DNA from: Candidatus Multivoradales bacterium
GTDB taxonomy: Bacteria > Acidobacteriota > Thermoanaerobaculia > Multivoradales > Multivoraceae
Assembly: GCA_965223325.1 (NCBI GenBank)
Contig: CBDCWI010000002.1
Coordinates: 160,001 to 224,000 of the forward strand
Direction: 5' to 3'
Length of the DNA stretch: 64,000 bases
The notes beneath the pieces were generated by a model, which was given only the letters and a program-made list of their open reading frames with translations, was not told the DNA's origin and did no database searches. Positions within the stretch are counted from its first letter, which is position 1. The number at the start of each line of letters is the position of its first letter. This document shows positions 1 to 10,265 of the stretch, in pieces. A program made the position numbers and the translations under genes.

Positions 1-2
1 CG

Positions 3-3000
3 GATCCCAAGGTCTGGGGTCACAAGTCTGCGATTGCAGACCAGACGCACGATTCGGTCATCCTCAGCAGCTACTGCATTTTCGGTGAGCGGCAGAGTTC
101 TCATCAGGCGACCATCGGCATCATGGTTCACGAACTCGGCCATCTGATGCTCGGCTTGCCTGACCTCTACGATACCGATGCGACGAACGGCGACTCGGAG
201 GGAATCGGTCGGTGGGGTGTGATGGGGAGTGGCAGCTGGCTCGGCAGCACCTACAGCGGCGACACACCGGGAAACATGGTGGGTTGGGCGAAGGCCAAGG
301 TGGGGTTCATCGCCCCTTCGGATGTAACGGCAGCAAACGATCTGGTGATCCAGCCGGCTGACAGCAGCGCGTCGTACAAGCGGGTGTGGACCGACCCCTA
401 CAAGCTCTCGACCTACTTCCTTCTCGAGGCGAGACGCGCTTCGGGCTACGACAGCGAGCTGCCTGGCACCGGACTCTTGATCGCCCACGTCGACGAACAG
501 GCTGGGAGCAACAAGGACGAGACGCACAAGATGGTCGACATCGAGGCTGCCGACGGCAATCTCGATCTCGACAACGAAGTCAACCGCGGCGACGACGGCG
601 ATCCCTACCCGGGGAGCTCGAACAACACTGCGTTCAACAACACGAGTAACCCGAACAGCAAGCGCTACGACGGCAGCGCATCGGGAGTTACCATCGACGA
701 CATCACGTCAGTCGCCGGTGGAGCGATGTCGGTGGACATCAGCAGCACGGTCGCAGCGGGTGATCACCTGCGCTACGACCAGGGGTTTGGCGGTCTGGCG
801 CGTGGTTGGGGCAGCAACGTCTTGTGGACAGCGGGCCGCTTCACCAACAACACATCGATGGATCTCCTCGATGGCGTCGAGGTGTACTTCAATCCCAACG
901 ACGACTCCGACTTCACGATCGATCTCTACGTCTACGAGTCGATTCCTTCCGGCGTGCCGACCAACCTGCTCTATCAGGAGAACGGCTTCGATGTGGTCGC
1001 CGGGACTGTTCGTCTGATGCTCTCGACTCCTCAGGCTTTTCCAGCCGCGAGTGACCGGGTGATCGTCTTGAGGGTGGAGGGTGACAATGCCGGGACCAAC
1101 ACATGGGGATGGCACGATGCGACGGGGGCGGCTTCGAGCGGGCGCTTTTACCATGACGCCAACGGCGCCGGAACCTTCTCGAGTCTCGCAGCCTACGGCG
1201 ATCTGCTCCAGCGCGCCCTCCTGGGACAAACCGCGCAGAACACCCTGACCGTCACCAGGGCGGGGACCGGCAGCGGGACCGTGACCAGCTCACCCGCCGG
1301 AATCAACTGCGGCGCCGACTGCGACGAGGACTACACGGCCGGCTCCAGCGTGACCGTGACCGCCACGGCGAACACTGGTTCGAGCTTCGCAGGTTGGACT
1401 GGCGACGCTCAGTGCGTCACCGCCAACGCCGCCACCACCGTCACGATGTCGGCGGATGTCGACTGCACCGCCACGTTCAATCTCGAGGAGCACACCCTGA
1501 CCATTGCTCTTGGCGGCACCGGCGGCGGCTCCGTCAGCAGTTCACCGAGCGGTATCAACTGTCCAGGTGACTGTTCCGAGGCCTACGACCACGGTTCGTC
1601 GGTCACCCTGACGGCGGCTGCCGACGGCAGTTCGGCCTTTAGCAGCTGGAGCGGCGCCTGTTCGGGAAGCAACGTCCAGGCGACCGTGACCATGAACGCG
1701 GCAGCTAGCTGCACGGCGGACTTCACTGCCACTCACAACACCTTGACGGTGACCCGCACCGGCGCCGGCGCCGGCACGGTCGTCAGTTATCCATCAGGGA
1801 TCAACTGCGGAGCCGACTGCACCGAACTCTACGCCGCGGCGACCGTTGTCGTGTTGGATCCCATCGCCTCCTCGGGCTCACACTTCGTGGGTTGGTCGGG
1901 CGACGCCGACTGTCTCGATGGGCAGGTATCGATGTCGGCCGCTCCGACCTGTAGCGCGCAGTTCTCGCTCGACGCAGTGCTCGATCAAGGCGCCGTCTTC
2001 TACACCTCGGAGGCCAACTGGTCTTCGCGGGTGCGAGACATCGAACTCTTCGACACTACCGGCGTCAATGTCGCCCTGGCCGATGAGATTGCGGTGTCGC
2101 CGGCTCCGTCCAACACCTGGCTGGGTGACACCCTGACCTTCGACAGCGCCAACACCGGTCTCGCACGTTCCTTCGAGATCAAGGCTCTCGAGTACCTCGG
2201 CTATGCCGCCGGTTGGGCCTGGGATGACAACGAGCTCGCCCCGGACGATGTCCTCTCGCCCAACGATGTCAACAACGGTGAGGACGACGACGTCGAGTGG
2301 ACGTTCACCAGCGGCCCCGATTTGTACGCCTTTGGTTTCACCGTCTACGACAACAGTGGCGCAGCGGCGGGAGTCGAAGCAGTGCGGGTCTACGGCGCGA
2401 GTGACGAGCTGCTCGGTCACCTCGATCTGTCGCTGGTGACGTTCACCTCGAACACCTTCCTCGGTGTGATTACCGATACACCAATCCTGAAAGTCGTGTT
2501 CGATGAGGATCCCGGCGCCGACGATGTCGGGATCCGCGACTTCCGCTTTGCCGACGGCCGGGCAGCGACCGTGCTCTCGCAGGCTTTCGCGGGCACCACC
2601 GGCTTCGCCTCCGACGCCGGCTGTGACACGTGCACGGCGTCGAAGAAGAGCCTCGCCGAGAACTTCACCGTCACCGGTTCGAAGGCCATCGGCCAGGTCA
2701 TCCTTACCGGTGGCTACACCCCTTCCGGTGTCCTTCCGGGGTTCGACGACTTCGATGTGATCTTCAGGGCCGATGCCGGAGGGCTGCCGGGCGTGGCTCT
2801 GGCGACCGTCGCGGGCATTCCGGCGACCCCGCGGGTTGGCAGACCCGGCGCCTTTGACGACGAAGACTCAAACACCCTCGGAGAGTACGAGGTCACCTTG
2901 ACTTTGCCCGACCCGGTGGTCCTCGCAGCCGGGACCTACTGGGTCGAGGTCTTCGCCGACACCACTGGCAACGGCCGGGACTGGAGCTGGGCCACTGGGA

Positions 3001-6000
3001 CCCTGGCGGCGCCCGGAATTGCCGGCATGGCCGACGCCGACGGCGAAGCCCCGGGTGCTAGCTGGTCGGCCAAGGCCGGCGATCTGGCGATTCGCCTGGT
3101 CGCCGCTCGTGAACTACCGCTTCTGGCGGTCAACAAGACGGGCAACGGCGCGGGTACCGTCACCAGCGTCCCGGCGGGTATCGATTGCGGGGCCGACTGC
3201 ACCGAAAACCTGGTTCACGGCACGGCAGTTACCTTGACCGCCACCCCTGCCGTTGGTTCGGTGTGGGTCGGCTGGGGCGGCGACTGCTCGGGCGCTGCTT
3301 CGTCTGCTTCGGTGACGGTCGACCAGGCTCGTGCGTGTAGTGCGGAGTTCGATCTCACGCTGCACACGCTGTCGGTCACTACGGCGGGTGCCGGGGCCGG
3401 TTCGGTTTCGAGTCACCCGACCGGCATCGACTGCGGAGGCGACTGCAGCGAGGACTACCCCCATGGGACTCTGGTCACCCTGACAGCCGTTCCAGCGGTC
3501 GGTTCCGCGTTTGCCGGGTGGAGCGGAGCGTGCTCGGGCTCCGAGCTCAGCGCCTCGGTCACCCTCGATCAGGCTCGGTCGTGCACCGCCACTTTCGACG
3601 TGGCGCAGCACACCCTGTCGACGGTCCTGGCTGGAAATGGCGGAGGGAGTGTCGCCAGCGCACCAGCAGGAATCTCCTGCGGATCCGACTGCAGCGAGGA
3701 CTATGCGCATGGAGCCGAGGTCACACTCACAGCGACCGTTGATGCCGGCTCGTCGTTCAATGGCTGGTCTGGTGACTGCGCTGGGGCCCTGCTTTCCTCT
3801 GCGGTCACGATGTCGGAGGCCAGGAGCTGCACTGCCACCTTCAGCCTCGACCAGTACACCCTCACGGTCACCAAAGGCGGCGCCGGTTCGGGTTCCGTTA
3901 CCAGCGACCCCGCCGGAATCGATTGCGGCGCGGATTGTAGCGAGCTTTTCGACTACGGCACGCTGGTGACCCTGACCGCCGCGCCGGCGGTGGGCTCCGA
4001 GATCACCGCCTGGTCGGGTGCCTGCTCTGGCAGCGACACCAGCGCTCAGGTGAGCGTCGACCAGGCCAAGACCTGTCACGTCGACTTCGCCGTTCAGGTC
4101 TTCCAACTCACCACGAGCGTCACCGGAAGCGGTTCGGTGGCAAGCGCGCCCCTGGGCATTTCGTGTGGAGCGGATTGCAGCGAGTCGTACGACTACGGCA
4201 CCTCGGTCACCTTGACGGCAACGCCCGCAATCGGTTGGGACTTTGCAGGCTGGTCAGGCGACTGCTCGGGAACCGCGATCACCGACTCGGTGACCATGAC
4301 CGAGGCGCGGAGCTGTACCGCGACGTTCGAAATCGAAACGCACACACTCTCGGTCACCAAGTCCGGCAGCGGTTCGGGCGGGGTGTCGAGCTCTCCGGCG
4401 GGCATCTCGTGTGGCGTCGACTGCAGTGAAGACTACGACTACCAAACGGCAGTGACCCTGACAGCGAGTCCGGCGGTTGGATCAGACTTCGTCTCCTGGG
4501 CCGGTGACTGCAGCGGCACCGAGCCCAGCGCTCTGGTCACTGTCGATCAGGCTCGTTCGTGTAACGCCGCCTTTACTCTCGAAGCGTACGCTCTCGACGT
4601 GACTGCGGTTGGAAACGGCTCGATCACCAGCGTCCCGGCGGGAATCGACTGTGGCGCCGACTGCTCCGAGATCTATGACTACGGCACCGTGGTGACCCTG
4701 ACTGCCAACCCGGCTGAGGGCTATGAACTGACTGGCTGGAGTGGCGCCTGTTCAGGAACGAACAGCACCTTTGTGATCACGGTGACCGAAGCCAGGAGCT
4801 GTACGGCCACCTTCGCCCTCAAAACACACCCGCTCAACGTTTCAACGAGTGGCAACGGCTCGGGCACGGTTCTGAGCTCACCGCCGGGTATTGCCTGCGG
4901 TGCCGACTGCAACGAGACCTACGACCACGGAACCGTCGTTACGCTCACCGCAACGGCGGCAGAGGGGTCCGATTTCAGCGGCTGGTCGGGCCATTGTTCG
5001 GGCAGCAATGCAAGCGCCGAGGTGCTCATAGACGAGGCGCGTTCGTGCACCGCCGAGTTCACGCTCGAGCGCTATCCCCTGACCGTCAGTCGAACTGGAA
5101 GCGGTTCGGGTTCGGTCTCGAGTAGCCCGGCCGGGATCAGCTGTGGCGCCGATTGCAGCGAAGACTTCGACTACGGAACCAGCGTGACGCTCACCGCAGT
5201 GCCGGCCACCGGTTCGGACTTCACCAGCTGGGCAGGGGCCTGTGCCGGCGGCAACGCGAGTGTCGCCGTCACGGTAGACCAGGCGCGCTCGTGCACCGCA
5301 ACCTTCACCATCGAGAGTCACCAGCTGTCGACCGTTGTGGTGGGGAACGGCTCGATCACCAGCGACCCGAGTGGCATCGACTGTGGAGCAGACTGTGTCG
5401 AGACCTACGACTACGGGACCAGTGTGACGCTCACTGCCGTCGCTTCAGCGGGTCATGAACTGTCGGCCTGGAGTGGCGACTGCACCGGCACTGATCCGAG
5501 TGCGGTGGTGACCATGAGCGGGGCGCGTGCCTGTACGGCCACCTTCGTCCCGCAACAGCGGACGCTTTCCGTGACGCGAGTCGGCACTGGCTCAGGAACC
5601 GTCGCGAGCAGTCCGGCCGGGATCGACTGCGGAGAAGTGTGTTCTAGAGATTTCGATCTGGGCTCACAGGTGACCCTCACCGCGACGCCCGTGGTGGGCT
5701 CGACCTTCGACGGCTGGGCAGGCGCGTGCAGCGGCGGGGCGGCGAGTGTTCAAGTCACGATGGACGAGGCGCGTGCCTGTCTAGCCACCTTCACTCTCGA
5801 GACCTACACCCTTCTCGCGACGGTGGTCGGTAGCGGTTCGATGACCAGCAGCCCGGTCGGCATCGATTGTTCCCCGGCAGGGTCGCCGGGCGCCGACTGC
5901 TCCGAGAGTTACGACTACGGCACGGTCGTCACATTGACGGCTACGCCCTCGGCCAATCATGAGCTGTTGGGCTGGAGCGGCGATTGTTCGGGAGTCTCCT

Positions 6001-6992
6001 CCGTCGCCAACGTCACCCTGACGGAGGCCCGAGCATGTACAGCCACCTTTGCCCTGGTGCAGCACGCGGTCTCGATCACGGTTGCCGGGGCCGGTTCGGT
6101 TCTGAGCTCGCCGGCGGGGATCGACTGCGGTGCCCAATGTACAGCCGACTTCGATCACGGCACGAACCTCTCCTTGACCGCGACACCCGAGGCAGGGCAG
6201 TTGTTCGTGGGTTGGACTGGTGACTGCGCCGGAAGTTCGGCGATGACTTCGATCGAGGTCGGGGCCAGCCGGTTCTGCACCGCGACCTTCGCACCGGCCG
6301 ACTTCAGGCTCGATGTCACGCTCGCCGGGAGCGGGTCAGGTGCGGTGACCAGCGACCCCGCTGGAATCGAGTGCGCCTCTTCGGGGGCCGCGGGCGTCGA
6401 CTGCTCGGAAAGCTTCAGCTCTGGCTCTTTGGTTTCGCTCCAGGCAACGCCGGACGCTGGTTCGCTCTTCAGTCACTGGACCGGAGACTGCAGCGGATCG
6501 GATACAGCGGTTCAGGTTACCCTCGACGATGACCGCGCCTGCACCGCTACGTTCGAGGTCCAGCCCGGCCCCTCGTCACTGAAGATCAACTTGGCGGGGT
6601 CTGGTTCGGGCTCGGTGTGGAGCATCGATGCAAGTATCGACTGTGGGGATGACTGCGAGGACCTCGATGTCTCCAACGGTACCGAAGTCACCTTGTTTGC
6701 CTTCCCGGCCTTTGGTTCGACTTTCACCGGTTGGACGGGCGACTGCTCCGGCACGTCAATAGAGCTCGACATCGTGGTGTCGGGCGAAATGGTCTGTACG
6801 GCGATCTTCACCGAGGTCCTTTTCCAGGACGACTTCGAGTGGGGCGATACCTGCGACTGGTCGTCGGCGGTGGGCGGAGAGTGCGAGTTCGGTCGTCGGG
6901 AGACGACGGTCGCCGGCGAGCCCTCCAGGAAGGATGCCTGGGCGGAGCTCACAGGCCGCCAGCCACTCCTCGAGGCGACTCGAAACGACTGA
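3..6992 (+). CDS. Giant secreted M6-family (immune inhibitor A-like) zinc metalloprotease with 18 Cys-rich InlB-B-like repeats; 5' partial
   Basis: Frame is open from position 3 (DPKVWGHK...ATIGIMVHELGHLMLGLPDLYD): M6-type HExGH-LGLPDLYD, then GxWGVMGSGSW, YFLLEAR and GLLIAHVDE. Carries 18 repeats of about 82 aa (L.V...G.GSG.V.S.P.GI.CG.DC.E.Y..G..VTLTA......F.GW.G.C). C-terminal LFQDDFEWGDTCDWSS. Confidence 0.85.
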   Translation, partial: DPKVWGHKSAIADQTHDSVILSSYCIFGERQSSHQATIGIMVHELGHLMLGLPDLYDTDATNGDSEGIGRWGVMGSGSWLGSTYSGDTPGNMVGWAKAKVGFIAPSDVTAANDLVIQPADSSASYKRVWTDPYKLSTYFLLEARRASGYDSELPGTGLLIAHVDEQAGSNKDETHKMVDIEAADGNLDLDNEVNRGDDGDPYPGSSNNTAFNNTSNPNSKRYDGSASGVTIDDITSVAGGAMSVDISSTVAAGDHLRYDQGFGGLARGWGSNVLWTAGRFTNNTSMDLLDGVEVYFNPNDDSDFTIDLYVYESIPSGVPTNLLYQENGFDVVAGTVRLMLSTPQAFPAASDRVIVLRVEGDNAGTNTWGWHDATGAASSGRFYHDANGAGTFSSLAAYGDLLQRALLGQTAQNTLTVTRAGTGSGTVTSSPAGINCGADCDEDYTAGSSVTVTATANTGSSFAGWTGDAQCVTANAATTVTMSADVDCTATFNLEEHTLTIALGGTGGGSVSSSPSGINCPGDCSEAYDHGSSVTLTAAADGSSAFSSWSGACSGSNVQATVTMNAAASCTADFTATHNTLTVTRTGAGAGTVVSYPSGINCGADCTELYAAATVVVLDPIASSGSHFVGWSGDADCLDGQVSMSAAPTCSAQFSLDAVLDQGAVFYTSEANWSSRVRDIELFDTTGVNVALADEIAVSPAPSNTWLGDTLTFDSANTGLARSFEIKALEYLGYAAGWAWDDNELAPDDVLSPNDVNNGEDDDVEWTFTSGPDLYAFGFTVYDNSGAAAGVEAVRVYGASDELLGHLDLSLVTFTSNTFLGVITDTPILKVVFDEDPGADDVGIRDFRFADGRAATVLSQAFAGTTGFASDAGCDTCTASKKSLAENFTVTGSKAIGQVILTGGYTPSGVLPGFDDFDVIFRADAGGLPGVALATVAGIPATPRVGRPGAFDDEDSNTLGEYEVTLTLPDPVVLAAGTYWVEVFADTTGNGRDWSWATGTLAAPGIAGMADADGEAPGASWSAKAGDLAIRLVAARELPLLAVNKTGNGAGTVTSVPAGIDCGADCTENLVHGTAVTLTATPAVGSVWVGWGGDCSGAASSASVTVDQARACSAEFDLTLHTLSVTTAGAGAGSVSSHPTGIDCGGDCSEDYPHGTLVTLTAVPAVGSAFAGWSGACSGSELSASVTLDQARSCTATFDVAQHTLSTVLAGNGGGSVASAPAGISCGSDCSEDYAHGAEVTLTATVDAGSSFNGWSGDCAGALLSSAVTMSEARSCTATFSLDQYTLTVTKGGAGSGSVTSDPAGIDCGADCSELFDYGTLVTLTAAPAVGSEITAWSGACSGSDTSAQVSVDQAKTCHVDFAVQVFQLTTSVTGSGSVASAPLGISCGADCSESYDYGTSVTLTATPAIGWDFAGWSGDCSGTAITDSVTMTEARSCTATFEIETHTLSVTKSGSGSGGVSSSPAGISCGVDCSEDYDYQTAVTLTASPAVGSDFVSWAGDCSGTEPSALVTVDQARSCNAAFTLEAYALDVTAVGNGSITSVPAGIDCGADCSEIYDYGTVVTLTANPAEGYELTGWSGACSGTNSTFVITVTEARSCTATFALKTHPLNVSTSGNGSGTVLSSPPGIACGADCNETYDHGTVVTLTATAAEGSDFSGWSGHCSGSNASAEVLIDEARSCTAEFTLERYPLTVSRTGSGSGSVSSSPAGISCGADCSEDFDYGTSVTLTAVPATGSDFTSWAGACAGGNASVAVTVDQARSCTATFTIESHQLSTVVVGNGSITSDPSGIDCGADCVETYDYGTSVTLTAVASAGHELSAWSGDCTGTDPSAVVTMSGARACTATFVPQQRTLSVTRVGTGSGTVASSPAGIDCGEVCSRDFDLGSQVTLTATPVVGSTFDGWAGACSGGAASVQVTMDEARACLATFTLETYTLLATVVGSGSMTSSPVGIDCSPAGSPGADCSESYDYGTVVTLTATPSANHELLGWSGDCSGVSSVANVTLTEARACTATFALVQHAVSITVAGAGSVLSSPAGIDCGAQCTADFDHGTNLSLTATPEAGQLFVGWTGDCAGSSAMTSIEVGASRFCTATFAPADFRLDVTLAGSGSGAVTSDPAGIECASSGAAGVDCSESFSSGSLVSLQATPDAGSLFSHWTGDCSGSDTAVQVTLDDDRACTATFEVQPGPSSLKINLAGSGSGSVWSIDASIDCGDDCEDLDVSNGTEVTLFAFPAFGSTFTGWTGDCSGTSIELDIVVSGEMVCTAIFTEVLFQDDFEWGDTCDWSSAVGGECEFGRRETTVAGEPSRKDAWAELTGRQPLLEATRND

Positions 6993-7201
6993 AATCGCAG
7001 GCCGCTCGGGCAGCGAGCCCGCCGGGTCCCAGGTAAGCGGAGCCTGTCGTGGGGCTCCGGTGAATCCGGAGCTTTGCGTGATATCGTATTGGTGGCTGGT
7101 TCCGTCGAGATGGTCTCGCGGGCGCAGCATGTCAGCTCACAGCTTGTGTTCCCCGGCCACCGGGCGGGGAGCGACGTTGGCTCTGGAGGGGCCATCGCAC
7201 G

Positions 7202-8089
7202 GTGCTCAAGAAGTTCTTTGGCCGTTCGCAAGACGCCAGCAAGATCGACTCCTCGGATCTCACCGTGGATGAGTTGATCGTGCTCGAGCGCTGGGAAGAG
7301 GCCAGGGAACGCCTCGAGAAGGAGGTCAAGAAGCACAAAGGCGATCCCCGGGTTCACATGCGACTGGCGACCGTCTACGGTGCCCTCGGCAAAGGTACCG
7401 AGTCGCTCTTGCAGTACTGCATGGTGGCCGACGCCTACACGCGCGACGGCTTCGGCGACAAGGCGCTGGCAGTGCTCAACAAGGCGCATCGCCTGGCGCC
7501 CGGCGACAACGAGGTCAACCGGCGGCTCTACGCGCTGCAGGAAGACCAGAACCTCGCCGAGACGCAAGCAGTCGCCAAGAAGGTCCTGGCAGAAGCCATC
7601 AAGGAACAGACCGGGGAGACAGCGTCTGCCAATCTGCGCATCGAGGTAGAGAAGCTCTGGAGTCAGCTGACCCAGACCCAGTTCGTGCGCTCGCTACCGC
7701 CCGAGCAGATCGAGCCCCTTTTGAGCGGCATGACGCGCCAGGTGTATGGCGCCGAACGGGTGCTTTCACGCCTCGGCGAAGCGAATCCCTTTCTCTTTCT
7801 GGTGGTCGAAGGGGGGATTTCGATTCACGATCCCACCGGACCGCTCCTGCGCGAGTTCAAGCGCGGTACGATTCACGGTGAGAGCACTCTGCTCGAACAT
7901 CAGAAGTGGCCGGCCGAGTACCGCACGAACGCAAATCCCACCACGCTCCTGGTGGTCGACCGCGCTGGGCTCGAGCGCTCGCTGACTGGCAACTCGAACC
8001 CCAAGGAACTTATCGAGTACCTCAGAAAGCAGAAGAACGACGCCACGGTGCGCGAAATCATGGAGTCGGTGAGGGCTTCCGGTTCCTGA
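7202..8089 (+). CDS. TPR-repeat plus cyclic-nucleotide-binding-like domain protein
   Basis: N-terminal helical TPR-like segments (RLATVYGALGK, ALAVLNKAHRLAP). C-terminal cNMP-binding-like pattern (GEANPFLFLVVEGG...GTIHGESTLL...LLVVDR). Confidence 0.55.
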   Translation: MLKKFFGRSQDASKIDSSDLTVDELIVLERWEEARERLEKEVKKHKGDPRVHMRLATVYGALGKGTESLLQYCMVADAYTRDGFGDKALAVLNKAHRLAPGDNEVNRRLYALQEDQNLAETQAVAKKVLAEAIKEQTGETASANLRIEVEKLWSQLTQTQFVRSLPPEQIEPLLSGMTRQVYGAERVLSRLGEANPFLFLVVEGGISIHDPTGPLLREFKRGTIHGESTLLEHQKWPAEYRTNANPTTLLVVDRAGLERSLTGNSNPKELIEYLRKQKNDATVREIMESVRASGS

Positions 8090-8185
8090 CGACGCCGGCC
8101 CGGCCGCCCGGGGTTGAGGGTCAAGGCGCGTTCCTGCGGTCGCGATCGCGCTGGTTGTCCTTCTGTCTTGACTGCGACGAATCCG

Positions 8186-8701
8186 ATGGCATTGCTCACG
8201 ATCCGCCAATACCCCGACCCCGTCCTGCGCGTTCAGTGTCCGCCGGTGACTGCGTTCGACCCGGACCTCGAACGATTGGTCGAAGACATGGTCGAAACGA
8301 TGGTCGCCGCGCCCGGGATCGGTCTTGCGGCTCCCCAGGTGGGCGTCGAACTCCGTCTGGCGGTGATTGACTTGAGTGTTGGCGAGGAGCCTGATCAGCT
8401 CCTCGTACTCGCCAACCCGCGAATCGTCGAAACATCCGGCGAGGCCTCCGACTCCGAAGGTTGCCTGTCGATCCCAGATCTCACCGAGAAGGTCACGCGC
8501 CCGGAGTTGATCCGGGTCGTCGCCCAGGGCCTGGACGGCGAAGAGTTCGGGTTCGAAGCCGGTGGCTTGTTGGCGCGCGCCGTACAGCACGAGTGCGACC
8601 ACCTCGATGGTGTCTTGTTCGTCGATCACCTGCGAGGCCTGCGTCGTGAACGCGCACGCCGCCGCCTGCGTCGGCTCGTCGCCGAGCCCGCCGTCACGTG
8701 A
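8186..8701 (+). CDS. def: Peptide deformylase
   Basis: GIGLAAPQVG, EGCLS and QHECDHLDG motifs; ATG at 8186 (MALLTIRQYPDPVLR). Confidence 0.97.
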   Translation: MALLTIRQYPDPVLRVQCPPVTAFDPDLERLVEDMVETMVAAPGIGLAAPQVGVELRLAVIDLSVGEEPDQLLVLANPRIVETSGEASDSEGCLSIPDLTEKVTRPELIRVVAQGLDGEEFGFEAGGLLARAVQHECDHLDGVLFVDHLRGLRRERARRRLRRLVAEPAVT

Positions 8702-9276
8702 GGGTCAGACGCCGCAGCATCCTGCCGCGGCCGCTCTTGATCATCCTGGCGGCGGCGCTCTTCTCATGCGGCGGTGGCGGGGGAGGGGGTGGAGGTGGAG
8801 GGACGCCGACCTCGCCAACGCCTCCCCCTGCGCAGGCTTCGACGGTGTTCGTGCCGGCAGGCAATGGAACACCGAACAGCCTCAGCCTGCGCCAATCCCA
8901 AAGCAGCACCAGCACGAATCTGGTACTCGAATTGGTTGCGACTTCGGTCGAGGACCTCTACGGCATGGCGTTCGAGCTCACGCTGCCGTCGGTGGTCAGC
9001 TTTGGCACCGCGAGCGAAGGCACGTTCCTGAGCGCCGATGGCAGCGGCACCTCGATTCAGAGCGCGATCCGCGGCAACGTCGTGATTGTCGGGATAACCC
9101 GCCTGGGAGACACGGGCGGCGCCTCGGGAGACGGTGTCGTACTCAGCCTCGACCTGCGGCCCGTGGTCGCCGGTTCGGGAACCCTCTCGTTTTCGCGCAA
9201 CCGAGCGCTCCGTCCCGATGGCACCGAAGCCCCTGGGCTTACCTGGACGAGCGGGAGCGTACAGGTGACGGGTTAG
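8698..9276 (+). CDS. Lipoprotein with Gly/Pro linker and cohesin-like beta domain
   Basis: Lipobox LFSC followed by poly-Gly and a Pro-rich linker. Beta-rich domain LYGMAFELT...EGTFLS...GASGDGVVLSL resembles cohesin-type domains. 4-nt overlap with def. Confidence 0.6.
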   Translation: MRVRRRSILPRPLLIILAAALFSCGGGGGGGGGGGTPTSPTPPPAQASTVFVPAGNGTPNSLSLRQSQSSTSTNLVLELVATSVEDLYGMAFELTLPSVVSFGTASEGTFLSADGSGTSIQSAIRGNVVIVGITRLGDTGGASGDGVVLSLDLRPVVAGSGTLSFSRNRALRPDGTEAPGLTWTSGSVQVTG

Positions 9277-9328
9277 GAAGGCGCGGGGGAGAGGGCGCCG
9301 GAGGCTTTGGGAGAGGGCCAGGAGTTCC

Positions 9329-9403
9329 TGGAGGCGACGGTGGGAATCGAACCCACGAATAAAGGTTTTGCAGACCTTCGCCTTACCACTTGGCTACGTC
9401 GCC
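9329..9403 (-). tRNA. tRNA-Cys(GCA)
   Basis: Reverse complement GGCGACGTAGCCAAGTGGTAAGGCGAAGGTCTGCAAAACCTTTATTCGTGGGTTCGATTCCCACCGTCGCCTCCA; anticodon GCA; CCA encoded. Confidence 0.97.
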
Positions 9404-9472
9404 GCTCGAAACAGAAGCCGCCCCGGCCCCACGTCGCAGTCCCGACTTGTCGAGGCTCGTTGAAGGGGGAAC

Positions 9473-9547
9473 TGGAGCGGGAAACGGGATTCGAACCCGC
9501 GACCCCAACCTTGGCAAGGTTGTGCTCTACCACTGAGCTATTCCCGC
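9473..9547 (-). tRNA. tRNA-Gly(GCC)
   Basis: Reverse complement GCGGGAATAGCTCAGTGGTAGAGCACAACCTTGCCAAGGTTGGGGTCGCGGGTTCGAATCCCGTTTCCCGCTCCA; anticodon GCC. Confidence 0.97.
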
Positions 9548-9712
9548 ACCGAAGTAGTTCTCGCCCTCTGGAACTCCCGCAGGAACCCGAAACTCGGGCC
9601 CCGCGAGAAAACACCGGAGCGCGGCCGACCTTCTCAATGACGCCCTGGAGGCGCCGTGTACACACTCGGTACACCTTAGGAGGCGAGAGGATACGAGGGG
9701 GCCCGGGGAGTG

Positions 9713-10144
9713 TCAAGGTCCGTGCTGATCGCCGGCGGGGGCTTCGAAGGCACCCCGGAGGTAGGTCCAGCGGGCCTCCCGTTCGTTGTAGTCGAGAGCT
9801 AGAACGTCGAAACGAAGCGGCGCCCTGGTGCGTGTTTGCGCACACCAGAGGGCGGCCGCACGCGCCAGTCGGGCTTGCTTGCTGGGAGTCACGGCGGCCA
9901 GTGCGCCGCCCTGCCTTCGGCCACGGCGTGCCTTGACCTCAACGAAGCAGAGCGTGGCGCCCTCGCGGGCGATCAAGTCGATCTCACCGGCGGGAGTGCG
10001 CACGTTGCGCGCTAGCACGTCGAGCCCCTGCGCAGAGAGAAAGCGGGCGGCAGCTGCTTCGGCGGCATTGCCGCGGGCGACATGATGAGGAGATGTGAAC
10101 AGCCGCTCGAGAAGACGGATTCTGGGCAGGGTTCGTTTGGCCAT
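9713..10144 (-). CDS. yraN: YraN family (UPF0102) predicted nuclease
   Basis: G..AE..AA.FL...G..VLARN, GEIDLIA, FVEVKAR and RFDV motifs; start taken at MAKRTL. Confidence 0.9.
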   Translation of the reverse strand: MAKRTLPRIRLLERLFTSPHHVARGNAAEAAAARFLSAQGLDVLARNVRTPAGEIDLIAREGATLCFVEVKARRGRRQGGALAAVTPSKQARLARAAALWCAQTRTRAPLRFDVLALDYNEREARWTYLRGAFEAPAGDQHGP

Positions 10145-10265
10145 GGGTGCGCTCCGGGTCTTTCGTAGTAGGCCGTCGGTGTGGCGGCTTCTCTGACCCT
10201 TTGAGACGCAAGAACTGCCCCGACCTTGACAGGCGGGAAGGGGATTCGGCGCCGGTGGCGCTGGC

